DNA of 64,000 bases, taken from positions 13,545-77,544 of the forward strand of contig QPMI01000033.1 of assembly GCA_004431415.1 (NCBI GenBank). The letters are read 5' to 3'. Every line of letters starts with the position of its first letter. The stretch's first letter is position 1. Below are positions 35,422 through 48,470 of this stretch, in pieces. The notes beneath the pieces were generated by a model, which saw only the letters and a list, made by a program, of their open reading frames with translations, ran no database searches and was not told the DNA's origin. The position numbers and the translations under genes were made by a program. This stretch comes from Cyanophora paradoxa CCMP329. Lineage: Eukaryota; Plantae; Glaucophyta.

Positions 35422-35800
35422 TCGGTCGGACAGGGTCCCGCCGCCTCGCCCCTCCTTCCCTATCCTAGCTTTCAGGGTCGTCATGAGGTTTACTAGTGGT
35501 GCAATTGAGAGATCGGAACTGAACGGATGATCTGCGGTATCGCTGTAAACTATGTTAACATTGGGGCCGCGGCCCGGCCCAACAGCTAATCTAAATCATA
35601 TGCCTAATTTGTGCTGGGCCGGGGCCGCCCATCCAGCCTTGTTCCTAGTCTAGAGTCCCAGCGCCCGCGCCTAGACCTGCAGGCGCGCGCGAGGTGAGTC
35701 GCGATCGACGTCCCTCCTCCTGTAAGCGAGTCGCCGGTTCTGCTAGGGGGCTAGCCTGAGCGTTCGGGGTGGGCTCACCTGCTCGACCGGGCGGTACGCT

Positions 35801-37806
35801 TTACACGAGCGGCTCGGCTTCAGCGCGGGCCGATCAGGGGGCGGGGCACGCAGAGGAGAGGCGGGCAGGCGCACCGCCCCCGCTCTTGCGGACGGCGGGC
35901 AGGCCGTTGCCGGCGTGGGAGGAGGTGGAGGGGATGGCGGTCAGCTGCAGGGCCGCCGAGACGGGCGGGTCGTGGTGCAGGGCCGACATCTGAGGCCGGC
36001 CCCGGGGGCCTCAGCGCATCCCCGCCCGGGCCGGAGAGGGGCGGCGGGGCGCACGGCGTTGCTGCGGGAGAGCTCGAGGGCCCGCACGTAGTGCTCCTCG
36101 TGCACCTGCCGCCCGCGTCAGCACCGGCGGCGGCGCCGGCCGAGAGGGGCGGGGCGGGCCTTCTGCCAGCGCCAGGAGACGGCGCCCATGACCGCCCCGA
36201 CGACGGCGCCCACCAGAACGTCCTCCACTGCGCCCAGCGGTCGGCGCAGGAACGGGCGCTGGCCGGGGCAAGGCGGGGCGGGCCGTGGTGGCGGGAGTCG
36301 CGGAGGCGGGAGGCGGCTATGAAGAAGGCCCCAAGGACGAGGGTCAGGGAGAGGATCGAGCGCCAGACGTGCGGAAGGTGCCCCGCGTTCTGCCCGCACG
36401 CCCCTCAGCGCTCCACTCGCCGCTTGGGAGGAAGGGGGGGAGTGGCGCGGGGAGGGGTTAGGGAAGCGGGGGGGGGGGGGGGGGGGGGGGGGGGAGCCTG
36501 CGCGCCAGCTTGCGGACGACCTCGAAGAGGACCGAGTGGAAGAAGAGGCTGCGGGGGCGCCGGCTGAGCGGGCCGCGGGGCAGGCGAGGCGAGGCGGGGC
36601 GGGCGGGGCGCACGCGACGTAGACCGCGATGGTGAAGGCCGACGAGGTGTGCCCGCTGAAGAAGCCTGCGGGCAGCGAGGCTGACCGGCGCGCCACCTCG
36701 GCAGAGCGGCCCGGGGCGCACTCTTGCGGCCCTCGGTGATGACCTTCTTGTCCCCCAGGCACTGCGCTCGCAACCGTCGGGGGGGGGCGGGGGGGGGGGG
36801 GGCGGCGGGGCGGGCGGCACGTCGGCAGTGGTGAGGTACGGGCGGCCCGAGGCAGGCGCGGCCTTAAGAAAGGCTACAGCCGCCGGGTCACTAGGCGGGA
36901 AGCAGCGCTCCAGAAAGTCTGCGCGACGCTCGCTCGGGCCGGCTCGGGGCGCGGCGCGGCGAGCGGAGGGCGCGCGCCTGGGCGCAGCCGGCCGGCGGTC
37001 ATCTTGACGATCTGCGGCGCGGCGGGGCGCCGGGCGGCGCGGCGTTGGCAAGCGGGGGGCGCTGGGGCCGCGCAGCTCTCGCACCTCGGTGAGAATGACG
37101 GTGGAGATGATCGCCAGCGCCAGCCCGTACGTCCAGACGTACGTGTAGTACAGGGCGCCCCCGATGTTGAGCTTGCGCCCGTTGGAGAACCCGCAGGGAC
37201 CAAAGCTTGCCTGCGCGGCGCGGCGCGGGGGCTCGTCCGGAGGCGCCCCGCACGCTGCAAACCGCCGCACCTCGTGCACAAAGAAGAAGATGATTGCTGC
37301 GAGCCGGTTAAGAGCTGACGCGCGGTGCCGGACAAGCGCATTGGAACGCACGTATGAAAATGCCTCTACAAAGGCATCGGAAGGGAGTGCGGTATGTGTT
37401 AAGCAGGGCACGCCTGATCAGGGGATAATAACACATACGGGATAATAACAGCGGCATCTGTGAAGGCAAAAGTGGGCAGTCTGAGTAAATCAAAGCATCC
37501 TCGATTCTCAAGCGAGCACGCACAGTGAACGCTGTCGTCCACGTGTTCGCCCATGTAGCGCGGGTCATCCCACCGGAATCTCCGTTCTGGCAAACTGCAT
37601 GCAACGCTCAGCTTGTAGTAGCTAAGGCGGCTAGATGTCATGTCGCACTTGATCTTTTCAAAGGCGAGCATGCCGATGAGGATCACAGCCAGAAGCAGGA
37701 GCTGCAGAAGATTAGCTGGGCGGCGCGCAGCACCCGCGCGGCCGCGTCGCACCCAGTTCGGCAGGTGCTTAGTAAATGCTTTGGATGCACCGCCCTCCAT
37801 CATCAT
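35801..37806 (-). CDS. PAP2 family lipid phosphate phosphatase, multi-exon
   Basis: Catalytic motifs C1 KMTAGRLRPDFLERC, C2 RKSFFSGHTS and C3 IAASRLRDSRHH..EDVLVGAVVG, plus several TM helices. The 3' end is approximate. Confidence 0.9.
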
Positions 37807-38163
37807 TCAGCTGGCCGGCGGCTGCTAGCTGGGCGGTGAGCCTCGGAGGGTGTACCGATTCACGGTGTCTCGCACCGACGTAATCGCTGCAGTTGGTGCG
37901 TCTACGCTTCCGGATAACGCTGCGAGGGCAACGGGGCTCTACGGCGCAGTGGTTTTCGCTTTGTGGGGGGTACTGACACCCGGGGTCGCCCGCCAAACTC
38001 GAAGGGGCCACTCGGCAAGCAGCGGTGGCTTGCGTCAGGCGCAGCGCAATAGACGCACTGCAGCCGCCGCCTGAGCGCCCTCACTGATTCCCGACTACAC
38101 GTGCCGGCTCAGCCATCTGTACGGACATCGTCATTGTCGCCGCATCGGCGCTCTAATCCGGAA

Positions 38164-41031
38164 ATGACGACTCAAGCGGGCGTGGACCACGGGGAGGTCC
38201 TGAACAACTTCATCATGGTCACTGGGTGCGAGGACACCGACCAAGCACTGCAGATCTTGCAGGTTTGCCCAACTACGCGCCAGCGCTCGCGCCTTGCGTG
38301 CCCACACTGCGCGCCAGATCTGCGACTGGAACATGGAGAATGCCGTGAACATGTTCTTCGAGGGCGGCATTCACGGCGGGGGCGGCAGGCCCAGTGCCGG
38401 TCGCGCCGCAGACGAGTGCGCAGCATACACAGCCTGCACGGGCGCTGCGCTTGCCGGTTGTCGTGTGACGCGAGCACGTACGCAGGGACATGCCGTACAT
38501 TCCCCCTGAGGAAGATGTGCGGGCGCCCATCCCGGCCACCGAAGGTGTCCTTGTCGACCACGGATTCGGTTCAGGCGAGTGTTTGGTTGCGCCGCACCGC
38601 CGCCGCCGCTGAGTGCCGCGCAGACGCATACTACCGCAACTACCGCAATCCTGCGCCGCAGGTGCGCTCGACCTTGCCAGGACGCGCTCAGTGTCGGTCC
38701 GAGCTGCCGCTATCGTGCCGCACGAGCGCTTACCTTGTTGCCAATCGCAGCCTATCGTTGACGCCTTCCGCGATTTCCGCCGCGAGGCCGAAGAGCGGTC
38801 GGCTGCCGCAGGTCCGCGCTTCCGCGCCGAATGCTCGCGGCACCTTCGCAGCCTTCATTGAATGTCTTCCACCAGGGCATCCACCTCCGAGCTCGAGCGT
38901 GGGCCCCATCGCCGGCATCCCCGCCACCCTCGGAATATCGCCCAGCGCCTCGCCTCCGCCTCGTGTCGACACCGGTGAGGCCAGCGCGTTTTCCCCCTAG
39001 GCGCGCGTCACACCGTGCGCAGGGCTCCCAATCGACCCGCTGACGGGCCTCCCGCTGCCGCCGCGGAGCCGGGCGGCGGGCGGGGGCCTGCAGGACCTCT
39101 TCAGGGCGCCGACGGAGATCATGTTCGCGGGCAACTTCATGCAGGCGAAGGCGCAGGCCCTCTCCGAGAAGCGCTGGCTCCTCGTCAACATCCAGGCGCG
39201 GGCCACGGGGGGCGGCGGGGCGGCCCCCGGCGGCGCGTGGGGCTCACGGGGCCGGCAGAGCGAGTCGGAGTTCGCGTCGCACCAGCTGAACCGCGACGTC
39301 TGGGCCAACCCGGGCATCCAGCAGCTCGTCTCCAACCACTTCGTCTTCATGCAGGCGCCCCGCCCCCCGCCCCGGCCCGCGCCCCGCCCCCCGAGCCGCC
39401 CCCCGCAGAAGTCCAGCTCGGAGGACGACGGCCAGCGCTTCCTCACCTTCTACAAGGCGAGCCTCCACGGCTAGGCCCTGGGGCCGGCGCGGCTGACGTG
39501 CGGGGCAGAACCTGCAGCTGCCGTGCATCTGCATCATCGACCCGCGGACGGGGCAGCTGGTGGAGCACTGGGACGGCTTCGTGGACGCCGAGGAGCTCAA
39601 CGAGCACCGTGCGCTGCCCGCTGGGCCCTCGTCCCGCCCCCGCCGCCGCGAGCCCCGCGCCTCGCAGTCCAGCACTTCCTCGCCCACTCCCCGGCCCTCA
39701 CCGAGGCCGAGCCGCCCCCGCCGCCCAAGAAGAGCCGCGTGCGCTGCGCTGCGCTGCGCCCCCCGACCGGCCGCGCCGCGCCCCTCACGCTGGCGGCAGG
39801 CTCGGGAAGAGCTGACGGAGGAGGAGCAGGCGCGGCGGGCGGGGCGGGGCGGCTCGCGGCGCTCGTCTGACGAGCGGCGCAGGTGGCAATGGCGATCGCG
39901 CAGTCCCTTGGGCAGAGCTACGAGCCCCCCGAGCGGGCCCCCGAGGGTGCCCCCGCCCCCGCTCCCCCGGCCCTGCTCTCTCGCCCTCTCACTCCCTCTC
40001 AGAGACGCGCGCTCGCTCCGGGCCCAGCTCTCGCAGCGTCAGCGAAAGGTACTGGCCTACGCGCTCCACGCTCCGGACGCGCCGCCCTGACAAGGCCTCC
40101 GCAGCGGCCCCTCGGGCGGCGGCGGCGGCCCGCGCTTCACCGAGGAGCGGTGCGTTTGTCGGAGACGGCGGCGCGCCCTCGGCGGTTCACGGTGGCGGGC
40201 AGGGCGATCCGTCGGCAGCAGGACATGGAGTACGAGGAGAGCCTGCGGCAGGACCAGGAGAAGGCGCGCGCCTCGCCCCGCATCGCCCCGCCTCGCCTCA
40301 CGCGCCTTCGCAGGAGCTCGAGAAGGTCCTGCGCCTCTCTAAAGAGGAGGCCCGCCCCGCCACGCCCCGCCCCGCCCCGCCCGCTCTCGCTCATCCCGCC
40401 TCCCTCGCAGGCCGAGAAGCGGGAGGCGGAGGAAGCGGAGCGGTACCCCCAGCCCCTCGCTCTCGGTTGCGCCTGCCGCGCCGCCCGGCGACGCCGCCGC
40501 GCAGGCAGCTCGCGGAGCAGGCGAAGGCGGCGGCCGCGGCCGCCGAGGCCGCCGCGGAGCGCAAGCGCCGTCTGCTGGCCTCCCTGCCCTCTGAGCCGCC
40601 GGCCACGGACAAGGGCGCCACCCGCCTGATGGTGCCTTCCGCGCACGCGCCCATGCCATCACCCGTCGCCGAGGGCGCCCCCCGCAGATCCGGATGCCGG
40701 ACGGGAGCCGGGTGCAGAGGCGGTTCAACCCGACGGACCGGCTGCAGGCGCGGGGGCGGGGCGGGGAGGGTGCCTCGCGGGGCGGGCGCTGAGGGCGGGC
40801 CCCTGCAGGTCCTCTTCGACTTCGTGGAGGGGTCCGTGGAGGAGGACTTTGCCGGCCTCGAGATCGTCACCCTGCAGGTCCCGCCCCGCCCCCGCCCCGC
40901 CCGCCCCGCCCCCCCCCCCCCCTCCCGCCGAGGCCCCGCCGCAGCCGCGCAAGACGTACGACGACCCCGCCGCGACCTTTCTCGACTCGGGCCTCCACCC
41001 GCAGGCCGCCGTCGTCGTCAACAGGAAGTAG
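38164..41031 (+). CDS. UBX domain p97/Cdc48 adaptor (UBA-UAS-UIM-UBX; UBXN7/Ubx5-like), multi-exon
   Basis: UBA NFIMVTGC..LQICDWNMENAVNMFF; UAS KRWLLVNIQ..FASHQLNRDVWAN; UIM TEEEQVAMAIAQSL; UBX LPSEPP..IRMPDGSRVQRRF..LFDFV. Confidence 0.9.
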
Positions 41032-41481
41032 GCCGCCCCGCCACGCTTCGGGGGCGGCTGCGGAGCCCCCGGGTTGCTGCTTCCGGAGCGCCGCGTATCT
41101 CCCCATGGCCACGTCCTTGCGTGAATTGAATCGAACGCGCGAACTTCGAGCCGGCCCTCGGGATTGGAGCCTGCAATTCGTTTGCAGAGCGGGCGCTGGC
41201 ACTTTCTTAGCAAGCAGGCGCCGCTCAGCGGGACAGCCCACGTGCACGGGGCCGGCGGAGAGGGGCATGCAGAAAAAAGCCGATGGGACCCTAAACAAGG
41301 AAAGGTCGACAGCAAGAGCGAGAACAGAGGGTGGGGCAGGTGGGGTCCGGGTGGAGTTGGGTAGGGCGGCGGGGACAAGGTTTAAAACGCGGCTGAAGCT
41401 CGACAGAGAGAGCGCCAAGAAGCAAAGCCTCCGATGCGGGACGGGAAGTGAGGCAGGAGGAGGACGAGGAAGGAGGATGCG

Positions 41482-42923
41482 TCACGAGGAGCGGACGGCC
41501 TTCGTGAGGACGGGGGCAAGAACGACAACGATCACGATGAGGAGGCAGACGATAATGCAGCAGAGTTTCTGCGCCAGAGCCGTGAGGAGGAGATTGCGGA
41601 CGGGAGTGCCCGGCGGGGCAAGGCGCACCTTGTGGGACGAAATCTGGTACTTGCGGGCCTGGTGCAGCTCGCTGACACCCTTCGCTGTGTACGCCGCGCT
41701 CTTGTTCACGTTCGCCTGGCGCGGCGCCGTCAGCGGGGGCTGCGGAGGTACAGGGCTCCACGGGGGTACCTCGATGACGTCGAGGAGCTCGCCCTGGCTC
41801 TCGACGAGGACCGCCATGTCCTTGAAGAGCTGGAGCGCGGACTCAGGCCCGGGACGCCGCCAGGGCCACGCGCGGGGAGCACCTGAGAGAGCTCCTCGAT
41901 GTTTTTCTCGAGCCGGACGATGTCCCTGTGCCGCTCCTGCGCGCCGCCGTGAGATGGGAAGATCCGAACAAGGGCGGCACGCGCCTGAATGTCGGCCAGC
42001 GCGTTCTTGGCGAGCGCGTGGCCCTTCGTCAGCATGCCCGTCGCGAAGATCTGCGCGCTGTCCCCTTCCTCCACAGCCTTCTCGATTTCCTCTTGCGACG
42101 CGTTCGGGTTCACTGGTGAGGGGCGGTCAGGAGGTCGCCAAGAAGGAAGACCGGAGAAAATGAAAACGAAAAAGAAAAGCCACGAACCGATCTTGACTTG
42201 GCGCGCAACCGTCTCGCGAATCTTGTTCTTGTACTTGCTCTGCATCTCCTCAAATTCTCGCAGCAGGTCGAGGTACTTGCGCGTGAGGGTGCCGTGCATG
42301 TTTGTCCGGATGCGAGTTTCTGAAGTCATACCCTCTGATTTGCTCTTCTTCTTGTTCTCATCGTTCAGGGCCTTAAGCTTTGCGCCGATATCGTGGAACA
42401 TCTCGCTTGTTGCGTCGACAATCTCCTCCAGCTGCTTCCCAATCTCTGCGTGGACACAGGGGCGATGAGCGCACACGAACGACGCAGCTGCACTCTCGAA
42501 GCTGAAGAGCGCGCGCGCACTTTCTTTCTGCTCTGTGCTGATAGCGGTGAGCGCTTTGCTCTGCTTCTCGCTGACCTCCTCCATGTTTTTCCGGATCTTG
42601 CTCATCGTCGCTTTGATCTTTCCAACATCCTCGAAGAAGTCCGACATGAATCCCTCGCCCTGCTCGCCTCCGCCGCTCCCGCCGCCGCCGCCCTGGAGCT
42701 CGACATCGTCGAGGTCCGCCTCGTCGGCCCTGTCGCCCTACGCGCGCGGCGTAAGGCGTTTGAACGAGCGATGCACGTAGGGCGCGTCGACTAGAAACAC
42801 GCGGGACGTTCCGGAGGCAGCCGGAACCAGATCGAAAGTTCACACAACGCCCGGCGGGAACGGCAGAGGTGACATTCCATCGCGCATGCAGCTCACCTTG
42901 AGATCCTTTAGCCTGTCCTTCAT
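41482..42923 (-). CDS. Plasma-membrane syntaxin (Qa-SNARE, STX1/SYP1 type), multi-exon
   Basis: N-peptide MKDRLKDL; FMSDFFEDV; ETRIRTNMHGTLTRKY; SNARE motif IQERHRDIVRLEKNIEEL..LFKDMAVLVESQGELLDVIE; C-terminal TM LCCIIVCLLIVIVVVL. Confidence 0.92.
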
Positions 42924-43179
42924 CGCTTCGGCTCCCGTCCGTCAAGCGCCGGGGCAGTCGTTGACTCGATGCTGCAAAGCGAATGGGACAGGCTTGCTGC
43001 GATGGAAGCTTCTTCTGCGCTGCCTGCCGTTGTTCGAGCTTCCTCTCCTCTCCTGTTCTCCCTCCGCTTTGCTCCAATGCTCTTGTAGGGGGGGTACCGC
43101 TGAAGAAGGGGGCTACCGCTGTAAACCGTCCCCGCACCAGCTTCGCTCGTTGTTCATCGGCGTGGGTTCGGCGAGCAGC

Positions 43180-45267
43180 ATGGCAAACTCTAGCCACCCG
43201 CCCCTGCACAGGAGCCCCTCCCTGCGCGGTGCGATGGAGCGTACGCTCGCGCGCGGCCGCCCCTCACGCCCGCGGACGCGCAGAGGTTGACAGTTATCAA
43301 ATCAAGCTTATATCGGGTTCGTCGGAGCGCGTGCACCCCGAACCGATCGCTTAGCTGTTTCTGCTGCGCCCCGAGCCCCGATCGCTTAGCTGCACCACTT
43401 CAAAACGTTGCCCCCTTAGCTCATGCAGCTTTCCTGACCCGCACGCAGGCAATGCGCACCCCGCGCTGGCGAACGAGATCGCGGCCTACATGCGGTTCGC
43501 GGTTATCTGGCCCCACGACCCCCGAACTGCGTCTCTGATCGCCTACAGGCTGCCGCTAACGCGGGCGACTGCGGGGCGCTTCAGCGACGGCGAGGTGCGC
43601 ACCAAATCCGCAACCGTATCGCCGTATCGAGCCGCCACGCTGAAGGGCCCGGTTCTTGCAGATCCGAGTCCAGATCGACGAGAACGTTCGAGGTACGCGA
43701 TTCGATCGCTACCTTCCGCCGCGTCCTTCCACCCGCAAGACGCTGTGCTGATCATCGGTCGGACGCAGGCGCGGATGTCTTCGTCATCCAGGTGACCAGC
43801 AGGCAGCGCTATGGCTCTAAGCTCCAACATTCTCTTCGGCCGCTCTGACAGCGCGCACGTGCAGCCCACCTGCAAGCCCACGAACGACAACTTGATGGTA
43901 AGCGCCCCGACAATTTTCGGCGTTTCTGATGGGGTCGTCGTCTCACGTCCTCGCCACAGGAGCTGCTTATTCTGCTCGATGCCCTCAAGCGGTCATCTGC
44001 CCGCCGCATCACAGCTGTTATCCCGTGCGCCGCTTCGTGCCGGCCGATAGTCGTGCTCTCACGCTGCCTCCCAAGGTACTACGGCTACGCCCGGCAGGAC
44101 AGGAAGACGCAGTCGCGCGCTCCGATCACTTCGAAGTTGGTAGCGGACCTGATCACTCAGGTCCGATCCCTTTTCGTTTCTTTTTTTCGAACGTCCTGAG
44201 TCTCTCTTCCTGCAGGCGGGCGCCCAGCGGGTGCTCACCATGGAGCTGCATGCTGGTCAGATTCAGGTGCGGGGCCCCCGATCGAGCTCGAGCGGGCACG
44301 AGGGCGGGGCCGGGGGCCGAGCCCCCCCGCAGGGCTTCTTCAACATCCCCGTGGACCACCTCTTCTCGGGGTCCGTTCTCGCCGACTACTTTCTCACCAA
44401 GTGCCTCGAAAGGACCTGCGTCGTGCGTTCCGCCCCCCGCCGCCTCCGCCCCGCCCCGCGCCCGCCCGCCGGCGCTCCTCACTGTAGGGGCAGGTCTCGC
44501 CCGACGCCGGCGGCATCGAGCGGGCGCGCATCCTCGCGAAGAAGCTCAACGCCGGCCTCGCGGCCATCGACAAGCGGCGCGACAAGCCGAACCAGGTGCC
44601 TGCGCCCGGGCCGCGCGCGCCGCGGCGGGGGCGGAGGGGCCGACGCGGGCCGGCCGTGGGCGCAGGCGACGGCGATGCACCTGGTGGGGGACGTGCGCAA
44701 CAGGGACTGCATCATCTTCGACGACATGATCGACACCGCCGGCACCATCGTCGAGTGCGTCCACACCCTCAAGAACGCCGTGCGCCCCGCCCCGCCCCTC
44801 GCCCCTCGCCCCTCGCCCCTCCCCCGCGCCCCTGGCCCGACCTGCTCGCCGCGCGGCTCGCCAGGGGGCGCTGCGGGTCTTCGCGTGCGCGACGCACGGC
44901 GTGCTCTCCGGCCCCGCCATCGACCGCCTTCGCTCCATCCCCCTCGAGGAGGTGCCCGGGGCGCGCCCCGCGGGGCCCCCACGGCCGACCCCCGCCCGCC
45001 CGCCCGCCCGCGCAGATCGTCATCACGAACACAATCCCGCTGCCGGGGGACAAGCACCTGCCCAACCTGGTGGTGCGCGGCGCCCTCGCGCGGCGCCCCC
45101 TGCGTGTGCGGGGCCGACCTCGGGCGCCGGGGCGCCGCGCCGCGCAGATCCTCTCGATAGGGGAGATCATGGCGAACGCGATCGCGAGGATCCACGCCGA
45201 CGAGTCCCTGCTCGAGGCGGAGCCCTGGCCCGTCTGGAACATGTCGAAACTCTGCTCTTCCGCATAG
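43180..45267 (+). CDS. PRS: Ribose-phosphate pyrophosphokinase (class I PRPP synthetase), multi-exon
   Basis: [75 protein letters not shown] and ATHGVLSG. Confidence 0.95.
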
Positions 45268-45655
45268 CCCCCGCGGCACCCGCGTCGGCGTCGGCGTCGC
45301 TCCCTGCAGCACTACTAGGCTACTAGGCTAGCTGGTGCAGCCTGTGCACGTGCCGAGATGAGATGGGCCGCTCGCAAATGTACATTCGATATGCATTCAT
45401 GGCCATGGCCGGCGCCGTGCGCGTGGCTCACGAGCATGCATAGTCAGTTTCGAATTCAGTGATCGATCGCGATGAGCGGGTTGCCTCCCAAGTTGGCGAG
45501 ATGCGAAAGCTTCAAGTTCTGAGTTCGAATTCTTTCGAAACGTTAATTATAACCCCCATGGCCGGGCGCCAGCTGCAGGCGATCACGTCCGGTCCGACGG
45601 TCATGATCATGCCATGATCATGATGCACACACTGTGATACGCCGGCGCCGCGGCG

Positions 45656-46669
45656 CCTATATAGGCTACGTACCACGCTACGAAACGCGCCTACTATGGA
45701 ATGTGGAATCTGCCTTCTGATGTATATTTTTGCAAGAATGCAAAGCATTTCGAGGGCGCGAATTGAGGGGATCTGCTCTAGAGTGAAGGTCCTGTATTCT
45801 GCAAGATGGCGAGCGCTCTGGAGGCTACAGTACGCGTCTTCGGGTGAACGGAGGCAATGCAGGCGGACAGGGGTCGGGGTCTCGGGAGGAAAGGGCTCGC
45901 GCTGGCGCGAGTCGATGCAAGTACGAGCACGGGCGGGGCGGCGCGGGGCAAAAAGAGGCGGGGAGAAGCGGGCTGCGTCAGCGGACCCAGGAGGGGACGG
46001 GCCGGCGCGGGGCGCGGGCGGATTGGCTCCAGTCCTCGCCCTCCCCCTCGCTCCCTTCGGCCTCGCCGCGGGAGCTCTCGCCGGGGGCCCCCGGCCCCGT
46101 CTGCGTCCCGATACCGGGCGCCGGCACCACCGTCACGCCCCCGACGGGCGACTCGGACACCGTCTCCCCCCCGGTGCCGCCGCGCCCCCGCCCGCCCTCC
46201 CGCCGCGCCCGTGACGCCCCGCAGACGGGGCCGGGGGCCCCCGGCGAGAGCTCCCGCGGCGAGGCCGAAGGGAGCGAGGGGGAGGGCGAGGACTGGAGCC
46301 AATCCGCCCGCGCCCCGCGCCGGCCCGTCCCCTCCTGGGTCCGCTGACGCAGCCCGCTTCTCCCCGCCTCTTTTTGCCCCGCGCCGCCCCGCCCGTGCTC
46401 GTACTTGCATCGACTCGCGCCAGCGCGAGCCCTTTCCTCCCGAGACCCCGACCCCTGTCCGCCTGCATTGCCTCCGTTCACCCGAAGACGCGTACTGTAG
46501 CCTCCAGAGCGCTCGCCATCTTGCAGAATACAGGACCTTCACTCTAGAGCAGATCCCCTCAATTCGCGCCCTCGAAATGCTTTGCATTCTTGCAAAAATA
46601 TACATCAGAAGGCAGATTCCACATTCCATAGTAGGCGCGTTTCGTAGCGTGGTACGTAGCCTATATAGG
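45656..46669. repeat. Perfect long inverted repeat: 450-bp arms (45656-46105, 46220-46669) with a 114-bp spacer
   Basis: The arms are reverse complements (the same ORF translation appears on both strands at 45696+ and 46629-). Both ends are the self-palindromic 10-mer CCTATATAGG. Confidence 0.95.
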
Positions 46670-46914
46670 TGGGCCTTTGTGAAGCGTTGAGCTCTCGAGC
46701 TTGCCCCTTCGCTGTCAATGCATTGTTAACCCTCGGAGGTTGCATGAGTCACGCGTCGCGGAGGTTTGGGTGTTATATTGCGATCAGGTACACGCTGCAC
46801 TAACAGGGGGGCTAGCACTAACCGACGCGGGGAGTAACAGCCGGTGTACCCCTCGGGGGGCCTCCCGGCCTCTAACGATGCTCAGGCTCTAACTGAATGC
46901 TGTACCCCCCGCTG

Positions 46915-47654
46915 TTACTGCCCGAACCTTCCGAACTTGCGTAATTCGGCCTCGCCCTGTACCCAGTGGCTGGTGTCGTCCATCCATTCGCGTACCTCCC
47001 TCTGACGCTTGAGTGACTCACGCTGCTCGGGGGTAGGGGAGGGGGGGCCTTCGAGGCGGGGTGGGGAAGGGGGTACGGTGGCAAAATTCAGCCACTCGGG
47101 GGTATGCCGAATTCGCCGTGAACGATCCTCTGCGGTGTGAAATACCGGTCGCTGCTCACGGCCAAGTGGAAGAACGCGCTCCTGAGCCCGGAGAGGAAGC
47201 GTGGTTGCATGAATGGCTGCTGGAGGGACTCGTCGCGCCAGGGGGCTACGAAATCAATGATACGCTGCTGTACCTGCGCGGGCAGGGCAAGGATCTGGCT
47301 CTTGCGGTTCGCAAAGGCCGTCCACAGCGCTTGCAGGTCGGCCCAATCGCCGTTCAGATCCCTGCGTTCGCGCCTCAGGTACGATCTCGGGTTCTCTGTC
47401 ATACCCATCAAGCCCGCGGCCCTGATCATCTCCCTGTCCGGGAGCTCTCGCTCGTCGTGGAATTCGTCTCTAATCCAGCGCACAAGGTAGAGCACGCGCT
47501 CCATGAAGTTCTCCGCCGGCGAGCCGCCCCCTGAGGACGTGCGCCTCCCCTCCAGCACTGCGTTCGCATCCTCCAAGTCCACGTTCCGCTGTCGAATCTC
47601 CCCGTCCAGGTCGCCGTTGTTGTACAGCACGTCGGACTCGCGTGTTCGCGCCAT
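46915..47654 (-). CDS. Viral-type hypothetical protein with F-box-like motif (paralog A); 1-nt frameshift in the C-run at ~47098-47102
   Basis: ORF 47088-47654 continues in another frame as EWLNF..GPPSPTPEQRESLKRQREVREWMDDTSHWVQGEAELRKFGRFGQ*, matching the C-terminus of paralog B. Confidence 0.75.
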
Positions 47655-47689
47655 GCTCGCGGCTCGGTGAGAATTTCTACCTGTACCCC

Positions 47690-48432
47690 CTACTCGCGGT
47701 CGGGGTATCGAGGGCCTGGCAGCCTCGCGCGCTTCCGCAGCTCGGCCTCGTCTGGCGACCAGCTCGTCGGATCATTGCTGTACTCCATCCACCTGCGAAT
47801 CTGACCCTCCCGCAGTATCTCTTGGCGCTGCTCCGCCGTGGGCGCCGGTGGGCCGTACGGTGGGCCGGCAGGCGTCAGTTTTCTATACTTGTATCTCTTG
47901 AACCGTTCTTCCATATTGTCTTGTTCTTCGTCCCATCCTTCAGGGATCAAATCCGATGGGGGGACATAGGGTACCACCCATTCATCTTCCTTGTTTTTGG
48001 CGTGGTGAACGAAGCCTTGGAAGTAGTGCTTCAAAATATTGAGCGGGCGATTGATGATCTCCGTGCGAGTGCCCGCATTCAGGAAGAGATCCAGTATAAC
48101 TCTCTGAACGTCTTGGGGCAGGTAGGTCATGGGGCTCTTGCGCGAGCCGAACGCCCACCAGAGCTTGCGAAGTTCATCGCGAACCCTGCCCATGTCGTCC
48201 CTGTGTTCGATTTCGTACACCGGCGGCTCATACGTTCGGATGTCTACCCTGGACCCGAGGCCTCTGCGTGCCACATCGCGCAAATACGTCGCAGCCATGC
48301 CCCGTCTCGCATTGTATTGGGGATCTCTTCTTTCACCCAGCCGATCAGCCCGTTTACCTGCTTAGTGTAATCTCGGATGTACCCCGATAGCGGTGGGAGG
48401 GTAGTCTGATTATCAGACATATGCATTCGCAC
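47690..48432 (-). CDS. Paralog B, copy 1 (1-nt homopolymer frameshift at ~48300)
   Basis: Identical to 51474-52217 except for one missing C (gcccc vs gccccc). Confidence 0.7.
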
Positions 48433-48470
48433 ACATCAAGAAATTCTAAACGCTACTGCGAGGCTAAGCT

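Noticed and set aside
45696-46690. Identical ORFs on both strands (MECGICLL..)
   Set aside because: These are a by-product of the inverted repeat; they show no recognisable domain or coding bias.
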